From Squalus acanthias (lineage: Eukaryota), in contig CM059431.1 of the NCBI GenBank assembly GCA_030390025.1, positions 140,184,001 to 140,248,000 on the forward strand: a stretch of 64,000 nt of DNA, written 5' to 3'. Position numbers and translations under genes: made by a program. Each line of letters starts with the position of its first letter. Within the stretch, counting starts at the first letter, position 1. Below are positions 35,501 to 47,500 of the stretch, in pieces. The notes beneath the pieces are model-generated. The model worked only from the letters and a program-made list of their open reading frames with translations. It made no database searches and was not told the origin of the DNA.

Positions 35501-38500
35501 CATCCTAGGGTACTTAAGGAAGTGGCCCTAGAAATAGTAGATGCATTGCTGGTCATCTTCCTAAATACTATAGACTCTAGAACAGTACCCATGGATTGGA
35601 GGGTAGCTAATGTTACCCCACTATTCAAAAAAGGTGGTAGAGAGAAAACGGGGAAATATAGACCAGTAAGCCTGACATCGGTAGTGGGGAAAATGCTAGA
35701 GTCCATTATAAAAGATGTAATAGCAGAGCACTTGGAAAACAGTGACAGGATCGAATAAAGTCAACATGGATTTACAAAAGGCAAATCGAGCTTGACTAAT
35801 CTACTGGAATTTTTTGAGGATATAACTGGTAAAATGGATAAGGGAGAACCAGTGGATGTGGTGTATTTGGACTTTTAGAAGGCTTTCGATAAGGTCCCGC
35901 ATAAGAGATTAGCGTGTAAAGTTAAGGCACATGGGATTGGGGGCAAGGTATTGACTTGGATAGAGAACTGTTTGGCAGAAAGAAAGCAAAGAGTTGGAAT
36001 AAACAGGTCTTTTTCCGAGTGACAGGTGGTGACTAGTGGGGTACCGCAGGGATCGGTCCTAGGACCCCAGCGATTCACAATATATATTAATGATCTGGAC
36101 GATGGAATTGGATGTAATATCTCCAAGTTTGCAGACGACACAAAGCTGGGTGGGAGTGTGTGCCGTGAGGAGGATGCCGAGAATCTCCAGTATGATTTGG
36201 ACAGGTTGGGGGATTGGGCAGAAGCATGGCAGATGCAATATAATGTCGATAAATGCGAGGTTATCCACCTTGGTGTCAAAAACAGGAAGGCAGATTATTA
36301 TTTGAATGGCAATAGATTGGGAGAAGGGGAAGTGCAACGAGACCTGGGTGTCCTTGTGCACCAATCGCTGAAGGTAAGCATGCAGGTGCAACAGGCGGTT
36401 AAGAAGGCAAATGGTATGTTGGCCTTCGTAGCGAAAGTTTTCGAGTACAGGAACATGGATGTCTTGCTGCAGTTGTACAGGGCCTTGGTGAGACCACACT
36501 TTGAGTATTGTGTGCAGTTTTGGACGCCTTATCTGAGGAAGGATGTCCTTGCCATGGAGAGAGTGCAGCGAAGATTCACCAGACTGATACCTGGGATGGC
36601 AGGAATGGCGTATGAGGAGAGATTGGGTCGATTGCGCTTACACTCACTGGAGTTTAGAAGAATGAGAGGAGATCTCATTGAAACTTATAAAATTCTAACA
36701 GGACTAGACAGACTAGATGCAGGAAGAATGTTCCCGATGGCCAGGGAGTCCAGAACCAGGGGTCAGTCTTAGGATAAGGGGTAAGCCATTTAGGACAGAG
36801 ATGAGGAGGAATTTCTTCACCCAGAGAATGGTGAACCTGTGGAATTCTCTACCACAGAAGGCAGTAGAGGCCAATTCATTAAATATATTCAAGAAAGAGT
36901 TAGATATATTTCTTAAAACTAAAGGGATCAAGGGATATGGAGAGAAGGCAGGGATAGGGTACTGAATTTGGATGATCAGCCATGATCTCATTGAATGGTG
37001 GAGCAGGTTCGAGGGGCTGAATGGCCTACTCCTGCTCCTATCTTCTATGTTTCTATGGGGTTTCACAGTGTATCAGGTTGCTGCCAGGTGTGTTTCGGGT
37101 GTCACAGTGTATCAGGACCCTGACAGTTGTGTATGGGGTTTCACAGCGTTTCAGGATTCTACCAGGTATATATGGGGTTTCACAGTTTATCAGTATCCTG
37201 ACAGACGTGTAGGGATTTCACAGTGTATCAGGATCCTGCCAGGGGTGTATGGGTTTTCACAGTGTATCAGGATGCTGCTTAGTGTGATTGGGGTTTCACA
37301 GTGTTTCAGGATCCTGCCAAGTGTGTATGGGGTTTCACAGTGCATCAGGATCCTGCCAAGTGAGTATGGGGTTTAACAATGTATCGGGATGCTGCCAGTT
37401 GTTTATAGTGTCTCAGAGGGTATCAGAAACCTGCCAGGTGTCTATGGGGTTTCACAGTGTATCAGGATACTGCCAGTTGTGTCTGGTCTTCCACAGTGTA
37501 TTGGGATGCTGCCAGGTGTGTATGGGGTTTCACAGTGTATCGGGAGCCTGCAAAGTGTGTATAGGGTTTCACAGTGTATCAGGATCCTGCCAGGTGTGTA
37601 TGGGGTTTCACAGTGCATCTGGATCCTGCCAGGTGTGTATGGTGTTTCACAATGTATCGGAATGCTGCCAGGTGTGTATGGGGTTCCACAGTGTATCAGG
37701 AACCTGCCAGGTGTTTATGGGAATTCGCAGTGTATCAGGATCCTGCCAGGTGTGTATGGGGTTTCATAGCGTATCAGGACCCTGACAGTTGTGTATGGGG
37801 TTTCACAGTGTATCAGGATTCTACCAGGTATATATGGGGTTTCACAGTTTATCAGTATCCTGACAGGCGTGTAGGGATTTCACAGTGTATCAGGATCCTG
37901 CCAGGGGTGTATGGGATTTCACAGTGTATCAGGATGCTGCTTAATGTGATTGGGGTTTCACAGTGTATCAGGATCCTGCCAAGTGAGTATGTGGTTTAAC
38001 AATGTATCGGGATGCTGCCATGTGTGTATGGTGTCTCACAGGTCATCAGAAACCTGCCAGGTGTCTATGGGGTTTCACAGTGTATCAGGATCTTGCCAGT
38101 TGTGTATGTAGATTCACAGTGTATCAAGATCCTGCCAGGTTTGTATGTGGTTTCACAGTGTATCAGGTTTGTACCAGGTGTGTATGGGGTTTCACAGTGT
38201 ATCAGGATTCTACCAGGTATATATAGAGTTTCACAGTGTATCAGAATCCTGACAGGCGTGTAGTGGTTTCACAGTATATCAGGATCCTTCCAGGGGTGTA
38301 TGGGGTTTCACAGTGTATCAGGACCCTGCCAGGGGTGTATGGGGTATCAAAGTGTATCAGGATGCTGCTTAGTGTGATTGGGGTTTCACAGTGTTTCAGG
38401 AACGTGCCAGGTGTGTATGGGGTTCCACAGTGTATCAGTATCCTACCAAGATTGTATGAGGTTTCACAGTATATCGGGATCTTGACAGGTGTGTATGGGG

Positions 38501-41500
38501 TTTCACAGTGGATCAGGATCCTGCCAGGTGTGTATGGGGTTTGACATTGTATCAGGATCCTGCCAGGCGTGTATGGGGTTTCACAGACTACAGCATCCTG
38601 CAAGGTGTGTATGGGGTTTCACAGTGTTTCAGGATCTTGCAAGGTGTGTATGTGGATTCACAGTTTAGCAGGATCCTTCCAGGTGTGTATGAAGTTTCAC
38701 AGTGCGTCACGTTCCTGACAGGTGTGTATGGCGCTTCACAGTATGCTAGGATCCTGCCAGGTGTTTATGGCGTTTCACTGTGTATCAGGATTCTAACACG
38801 TGTGTAAGGGGTTTCACAGTGTATCAGGATCCTGCCAACTTCGTATGGGAATTCACAGGGTATCGGGATCATGCCAGGTGTGTATGGGGTTTCACAGTGT
38901 ATACTGATCCTGCCAGATGTGTATGGGGTGTCACAGTGTATCAGCAACCTGCCAGGTGTGTATGGGGTATCGCAGACTATCAGGATACTGCCAGGTGTGT
39001 ATGGGGTTTCACAGTGTATCAGGATTCTACCAGGTGTGTATGGGGTTTCACAGAGTATCAGGATCCTGTCAGGTGTGAATGGGGTTTCACAGTTTATCAG
39101 GGTCCTGCCAGGTGTGTATGGGGTTTCGCACACTATCAGGATACTGCCAGGTATGTAAGGGGTTTCACAGTGTATCAGGATTCTACCAGGTGTGTATGGG
39201 GTTTCACTTTGTATCAGGATCCTGACAGGTTTTTATGGGGCTTCACAGTGTATCGGGATCATGCCAGGTGTGTATGGGGTTTCACAGTGTATCAGGAACC
39301 TGCCAGGTTCGTATGGGTTTTCACAGTCTACAGCTTCCTGCCAAGTGTGTATATTGTTTCAAAGTGTATCAGGATCCTGCCAGGTATGTATGGGGTTTCA
39401 CAGTCTACTGGATTCTGCCAGATGTGTATGGAGTTTCACATTGTATCAGGATCCTGCCAGGTGTGTATGGGGTTTCACAGTGTATCAGGATCCTGCCAGG
39501 TGTGTATGGTGTTTCACAGTGTATCAGGACCCTGCCAGTTGTGAATGGGGTTTCACAGTTTATCAGGGTCCTGCCAGATGTGTATGGGGTTTCACAGTAT
39601 TTCGAGATCCTGCCAGGTGTGTATGGGGTTTCACAATGTATCAGAATCCTTCCAGATGTATATGGGATTTCACAGTGTATCAGGATTCTGCCAGGTTTGT
39701 GCGGGTTTTCACAGTGTATCAGCAATCTACCAGGTGTGTATGTAGTTTCACAGTATTTCAAGATCCTGCCAAGTGTGTATCGGGTTTCACAGTGTATCAG
39801 GACCCGGACAATTGTGTATGAGGTTTCACAGTGTATCAGTTTCCTCACAGACGTGTAGGAGTTTCACAGTGTATCAGGATCCTGCCAGGTGTGTATGGGG
39901 TTGACAGTGTATCGGGATCCTGTCAAGTTTGTCTGAGGTTTCACAGTGTATCAGGATCCTGTCAGGAATGTGTGGGGTTTTCAGTGTTTCATTTTTCCGC
40001 CAGGTGTGTATGGGGTTTCACAGTTTATCAGGGTCCTGCCACCTATGCGTTGGGTTTCAAAAGTATCAGGATCCTGCAAGCTGTATGGGGTTTCACTGTG
40101 CATCTTGATCCTTCCAGGTATGTATGGGGTCTCACAATGTATCAGGATACTGCCAGATGTGTATGGGGTTTCACTGTGTATCAGGATCCTGCCAGCTGTT
40201 TTGGGGGTTTCACTGTGTATTAGGATCCTGACAAGTATGTATGGGGCTTCACAGAGTATCGGGATCATGCCAGGTGTCTATGTGGTGTCTCAATGTATCA
40301 GGATTCTGCCAGATATGTATGGAGTTTCACAGTGTATCAGGAACCTACCAGGTTTGTATGGGGGTTCACAGTCTACAGATTACTGCCAAGTGTGTATGTT
40401 GTTTCAAGATATATCAGGATCCTTCCAGGTATGTATGGGGTTTCACAGTCTACTGAATCGTGCCAGGTGTGTATGGAGTTTCACAGTGTATCAGGATCCT
40501 GCCAGGTGTGTATGGGGTTTCACAGTGTATTAGGATCCTGCCATTTGTGTATGGTGTTTCACAGTGTATCAGGATCCTGCCAGTTGTGTCTGGGGTTTCA
40601 CAGATTATCAGGATCCTGCCAGATGTGTATGTGGTTTCACAGTGTATCGCGATCATGCCAGATGTGTATGGGGTTTCACTGTGTATCGGGATCCTATCAG
40701 GTGTGTTTGGGGTTTCACAGTGTATCAGGATCCTGCCAGGTGTGTACGAGATTTCACAGTATATCAGGATCCTGCCAGGTGTGTGCGGGTTTTCACAGTT
40801 TATCAGAATTCTACCAGGTGTGTATGGTGTTTCAGAGTATATCCAGATCCTGCCAGGTGTATATGGGGTTTCACAGTGTATCAGTATCCTGCCAAGATTG
40901 TATGAGGCTTCACAGTGTATTGGGATCATGCCAGGTGTGAATGGGGTTTACAGTGGATCAGGATCCTGCCAGATGTGTATGGGGTTTCACATTGTATCAG
41001 GATCTGCCAGGACTGTATGTGATTTCACAGACTACAGGATCCTGCAAGCTGTGTATGGGGTTTCACATCGTATCAGGATCCTGCATGGTGTGTATGGCGC
41101 TTCATAGAGTACTAGGATCCTGCCAGGTGTGTATGGCGTTTCACAGTGTATCAGGATACTGCCAGCTGTGTATGGGGTTTCACACTGTATCAGGATGCAG
41201 CCTGGTGGATATGGCGTTTCACAGTGTGTCAGGTTTCTACCGGGTATGTAAGGGGTTTCTCAGTGTATCACGATCCTGCTAGCTGTTTATTGGGGTTTCA
41301 CGTTGTATCAGGATCCTGCCAAATTTGTATTGGGTTTCACAGGGCATCGGGATCATGTCAGGTGCGTATGGGGTTTCACAGGGTATACTGATCCTGCCAG
41401 GTGTGTATGGGGTTTCGCAGTGTATCAGGATACTGCCAGGTGTGTATGGGGTTTCACTGTGTATCAGGATCATGCCAGCTTTTTTTGGGTTGTCACTGTG

Positions 41501-44500
41501 CATCAGGATCCTGACAAGTTTGTATGGGGTTTCACAGTGTATCAGGAACCTGCCAGGTGTGTATGGGGTTTCACAGTCTGCAGGTAGAATAGATTACGGA
41601 GAACCAGTGGAGTCGGTGTATTTAGATTTGCAGAAGGCTTTCGATAAGGTCCCGCACAAGAGATAAGCGTGCAAAGTTAAAGCACATGGGATTGGGGGTA
41701 AGGTACTGTCTTTGATAGAGAACTGCTTGGCAGACAGGAAGCAAAGAGTTGGAATAAACGGGTCTTTTTCCGAGTGGCAGGCAGTGACTAGTGGGGTACC
41801 GCAGGGATCGTTGCTAGGACCCCAGCTATTCACAATATATATAAATGATCTAGACGAGGGAACTAGATGTTATATCTCAAGTTTGCAGAATACAGAAAGC
41901 TATGTGGGCGTGTGTGCTGTGAGGAGGATGCAGAGAAACTCCAGTATGATTTGGACAGGATGAGTGATTGGGCAGATGCATGGCAAATGCAGTATAATGT
42001 GGATAAATGCGAGTTTATCCACTTCGGTGGCAAAAATAGGAAGACAGATTATTATCTGAACGGCAATAGATTGGGAAAAGGGGAAGTGCAACGAGACCTG
42101 GGCGTCCTTGTGCACCAGTCGCTGAAGGTATGCATGCAGGTGCAGCAGGCGGTTGAGAAGGCAAATGGTATGTTGGCCTCCATAGGGAGAGGATTCGAGT
42201 ACAGGAGCAAGGATGTCTTGCTGCAGTTGCAGAGGGCCTTGGTGAGATCACACCTCGAGTATTGTGTGCCGTTTTGGTCGCCTTATCTGATGAAGGATGT
42301 TCTTGCCATGGAGCGAGTGCAGAGAAGATTCACCAGACTGATACCTGGGATGGCAGGAATGACGTATAAGGAGACATTGGGTCGATTAGGGTGGAGTTTA
42401 GAAGAATGAAAGGGGATCTCCTTGAAACTTACAAAATTCTAACAGGACTAGACAGACTAGATGCAGGAAAGATGTTCCCGATGGTGGGGGAGTCCAGAAC
42501 CAGGGGTCACAGTCTAAGGATAAGTGGTAAGCCATTTAGGACTGAGATCAGGAGGAATTTCTTCACCCAGAGAGTGGTGAATCTGTGGAATTCTCTACCA
42601 CACAAGGCAGTTGAGGCCAATTCATTAAATATATTCAAGAAGGAGATAGATATATTTCTTAATGCAAAAGGGATCAAGGGATATGGGGAGAAGGCAGGGA
42701 CAGGGTACTGAGTTTGGATGATCAGCCATGATCTCATTAAATGGCAGAACAGGCTCGATGGGCCGAATGGCTTACTCCTGCTCCTATCTTCTATGTTTCT
42801 ATGCTTCCTGCCAGGTGTGTATTTGTTTTCATAGTGTATCAGGATCCTGTCAGGTATTTATGGGGTTTCACAGTCTACTGGATCCTTCCAGGTGTGTATG
42901 GAGTTTCACAGTGTATCAGAATCCTGCCAGGTGTGTTTGGGGTTTCACAGTAAATCGGGATCTTACCAGGTGTGTATGGGGTTTCACAGTGTTTCAGGAT
43001 CCTGCCAGTTGTGTCTGGGCTGCCACAGTGTAACGGGATCCTGTCAGCTGTGTATGGGGTTTCACAGTGTATCGGGATCATGCCTGATGTATATGGGGTT
43101 TCACATTGTATCAGCATCCTGCGACGTATGTATGGGATTTCACAGTGTATCAGGATCCTGCTGGGAATGTGTGTTGTTTCACAGTGCATCAGGATCCTGC
43201 CAGGAGTGTATGGGGATTCACAGTGTATTAGAATCCTGCCAGCTGTGTATGGGGATTCACAGTGCATCAGGATCCTTTCAGCTGTGAATGGCGTTTCACA
43301 GTGTATCAGGATCCTGCCAGGTGTGTATGGGGTTTCACAGTGAATCAGGATTACATAGAAACATAGCAGATAGGAGCAGGAGTAGGCCATTCGGCCCCTC
43401 GAGCCTGCTCCTCCCTTCAATGCGATCATGGCTGATCATCCAAATTCAATACCCTGTCCCTGCTTTCTCCCCATATCCCTTGATCCCGTTAGCCTTAAGA
43501 AATGTATCTAACTGCTTCTTGAATATATTTAATGAATTGGCCTCAACTGCCTTCTGTGATAGAGAATTCTACAGGTTCACCACTCTCTTGGTGAAGAAAT
43601 ACCTCCTCATCTCAGTCCTAAATGGCTTACCCCTTATCCTTAGAGTGTGACCCCTGATTCTGGACTCCCGTGACATCGGAAACAGCCTTCCTGCCTCTAG
43701 TCTGTCTAGTCCTGTTAGAATTTTATAAGTTTCAATGAGATCCCCTCTCATTCTTCTAAACTCTAGCGAATATAAGCCTAATCGACCCAATCTTTCTTCA
43801 TACATCATACCTGCCATCCCAGGTATCAGTCTGGTGAATCTTCGCTGCACTCCATCCATGGCAAGAACATCCTTCCTCAGATATGGCGACCAAAACTGCA
43901 CACAATACTCAAGGTGTGGTCTCTCCAAGACCCTGTACAACTGCAGGAGTCCTGCCAAGAATTTCTGGGGATTCATAGTTTATCAGGATCCTGCCAGGTG
44001 TGTATGAGGTTTCACAGTGCATCAGGGTCCTGCCAGGAACGTGTGGGGTTTCACAGTTTATCAGGATTCTGCCAGGTGTGTATGGGGTCTCACAGTGTAT
44101 CGGGATCATGCCAGATGTGTATGGGGTTTCACAGTGTACCGGGATCCTGCAATAGCTGTATGGGCTTTCAAAGTGTATCAGGATCCTGCCAAGGGTGTAT
44201 GCGGCTTCACATTGTATCACGATCCTGCCAGTTGTGTGGGGGATTTCACAATGTATCAGGATCATGCCAGGAATGTGTGGGGTTTCACAACGTATCAGGG
44301 TCCAGCCTGGTTTGCATGGGGATTCACCGTATGTAAGGATCCTGCCAGTTGTGTTTGGGTTTTCGCAGTGTTTCAGGATGCTACGAGATTTGAATGGCGT
44401 TTCACAATGTATCGGGATCCTGCCAAGTGTACATGGTGTTTCACAGTGTATCAGGATCCTGCCAGGAATGTGTGAGGTTTCACAGTTTATCAGGATCCTG

Positions 44501-47500
44501 CCAGGTGTAAATGAGGTTTCAAAGTGCATCAGGGTCCTGCCAGGAATGTGTAGGTTTTCACAGTGTATCAGCTTCCTGCCAGGTTTGTATGGGGTTTCAC
44601 AGTGTATCAGGATCATAATGAGAAGTCGCACAACACCAGGTTATAGTCCAACAGATTTATTTAATTTTACAAGCTTTCGAAGCAGTTCGCTCCTTCGTCA
44701 GGTAAGTTAGCAATGAGAGAATCTCCCAGAATTCACAATTCTCTCATTGCTAACTTACCTGACGAAGGAGCGAACTGCTTCGAAAGCTTGTAAAATTAAA
44801 TAAATCTGTTGGACTATAACCTGGTGTTGTGCGACTTCTCATTTTTGTCCACCCCAGTCCAACGCCGGCATCTCCACATCATATCAGGATCATGACAGTT
44901 ATGTGTGTTTTTTCTCATTGTATCAGGCTCCTGCCAGGTGTGTATGGCGTTTCCCAATTATTTCAGGATCCTTTAAGGTGTCTATGGGGTTTCACAGAGT
45001 ATCAGGATCCAGCCAGGTGTGTATGGGGACTCTCATTGTATCAGGATCCTCCCTGGTGTGTATGGGGATTAACAGTGCATCAGGATCCTGCCAGTGTGTA
45101 TGGGGTTTCACAGTGTAACATGATACTTCCAGGTATGTAAGGTGTTTCACAGTGTATCAGGATCCAGCCAGGTGTGTATGGGTTCTCTCAGTGTATCAGG
45201 ATCCTCCCAGGTGTGTATGGTGTTTCACAGTGTAACATGATACTTCCAGGTATGTATGGGGTTTCACAGTGTATCAGGATCCTGCCAGGTGTGTATGGGG
45301 TTAAACAGTGTATCAAGACCATTCCAGGTGTTTCAGGGGTTTCACAGTGCATCAGGAACGTGCCCGGTGTTTATGGGGTTTCACAGTGTATCAGGATCCT
45401 GCCAGGTGTGAATGAGGTTTCACAGTTTATCAGGATCCTGACAGCTGTGTGTGTGGTTTCTCATTGTATCAGGATCCTACCAGGTGTGTATGGGTTTTCA
45501 CAGTGTATCTGGATCCTACCAGGTGTGTATGGGGTCTCAGTGTATCAGGATCCTGCCAGGTGTGTATGGGATTTCACAGTGTATCTGGATCATACCAGGT
45601 GTGTATGGGGTTTCACAGTGTATCAGGATCCTGCCAGGTGTGTATGGGATTACACAGTGTAACTGGATCCTACCAGGTGTGTATGGGGTTTCACAGTGTA
45701 TCAGGATCCTGCCAGGTGTGTATGGGGGTTCACAGTGTATCAGGATTCTGCCAGGATTGTTTGGGGTTTGAAAGTGTATCTGGATCCTACCAGGCGTGTA
45801 TGAGGTTTCACAGTGTAGCAGGATTCTGCCAGGATTGTATGGGGTTTGAAAGTGTATCCGGATCCTGCCAGGATTGTATGGGGTTTCACAGTCTATCAGG
45901 ATCCTGCCAGAAGTTTATTTGGTTTGAGAGTTTTTCGGGAAACAGCCAGGTTTTATACTGGGTTTCACCGTGTAGCAATATCCTGCCAGGTGTGTATGGG
46001 GTTTTTACAGTGTATCAGGATCCTGCCAGGAGTGAAGGTGGTTTCACAGTGTATCAGGATCCGGTCAGGAGTGAAGGGGGCTTCACAGTGTATCAGGATC
46101 CTGACAGGTGTATATGAGGTTTTTACAGTGTATCAGGATCCGGTCAGGAGTGAAGGGGGTTTCACAGTGTATCAGGATCCAGCCAGGTGTGTATGGGGTT
46201 TCACAGTGTATCAGGATCCTGCCAGGTGTGTATGGGGTTTCACAGTGTATCGGAATCATGCCGTCGTTTATGGGGTTTCACAGTGTATCAGGATCCTCCC
46301 AGGAATTTGTGCGGTTTCACAGTGTATCAGGATTCTGACAGGTGTTTATGAGGTTTAACAGTGCATCAGGAATCTGACAGCTGTGTGTGGGGTTTCTCAT
46401 TGTATCAGAATTCTAGCAGGTGTGTATGGGGTTTTTCACTCAATCAGGTTCCTGCCACTTTTGTATGGTGTTTCACATTGTATCAGGATCCTGCCAGGTG
46501 TGTATGGGGTTTCACAGTGTATCAGGATCCTGCCAGGTGTGTATGGTGTTTTACAGTGCATCTGGATCCTGCCAGGTGTGCACAGCGTTTGACAGTTTAT
46601 CAGGATGCTGCCATTAGTGTATGTGGATTCACATTGTATCCGGATCTTGCCAGGTGTGTATGGGTTTTCACTGTGTATCACGATCCTTCCAGGTGTGTAT
46701 GGAGTTTGAAAGTGTATCAGGATCCTGCCAGGTGTGTATGGGGTTTCTCAGTCAATCAGGATTCTGCCAGGTGTGTATGGGGTTTCACAGTGTATCAGGA
46801 TTCTGCCAGGTGTGTATGGGGTTTCACAGTGTATCAGGATCCTGCCAGTTGTAGGTGATGCGCAGTTGGATTAACTGAAGCATACAATACATGCAACTTT
46901 ACCAGTAATTTAAATATCGGATTTAATTTTAAAGTAAAGCTATGCAGAGCTTTTTTGGATTCATCACGAATCCAAATGACGTTCAATGCTGTTTGCCCAG
47001 CCTTTGTACCTCTGACTGCCAGATTCTGACAACCTCTAAACAAACGGCTACTTTCAAACATTCTGATTCTCAACTGAATAAGCAATTTGAAATCTGCAGG
47101 TCATCATTACCTTTTAGGTGCCTGGGTACTTCGGATAAACCTTGTCTGATGTTCATGTAATCAAATGGATCAGAACCTGTTTAAATCAATGAACTTTCAT
47201 GAAATCAGATCTGTGTGATATTATAGTAAAATCTGCAGTGTTTGAATCTGTATTTGAATTCAGTGTGTGATTTTACCGTACCAAGTTCCTGTATTTCTCT
47301 CAGTATTTTGTCCAGCTTTGGTAACCTGTGGCGCATTTTCAGAAAGGATTCCCACATCACCCTTCGAGCCCCAGAGCCTTTCTCCATCACCAGAGTTAGG
47401 AGAAGTTTGGAACTGTCCGCCCGGTTTCCCTTCTCCGCGATCTCAGTGACTTTCTGTAAAGAATAATAATGAATGTATTTGTGAGTGGAGTGAAAGATAA

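Larger units (their letters stand above)
34240..46852 (+). repeat. 39-bp satellite (CAGTGTATCAGGATCCTGCCAGGTGTGTATGGGGTTTCA) in NLR intron 4, interrupted by four retroelement insertions
   Basis: Directly visible 39-bp periodicity, giving 13-aa pseudo-repeats in the ORF track; BamHI site in the consensus monomer. Confidence 0.98.

Noticed and set aside
37000..46860. Dozens of ORFs with 13-aa repeats ([39 protein letters not shown])
   Set aside because: The 39-bp monomer is stop-free in several frames. Stops and frameshifts are scattered and LINEs interrupt the array, so this is satellite, not a repeat protein.
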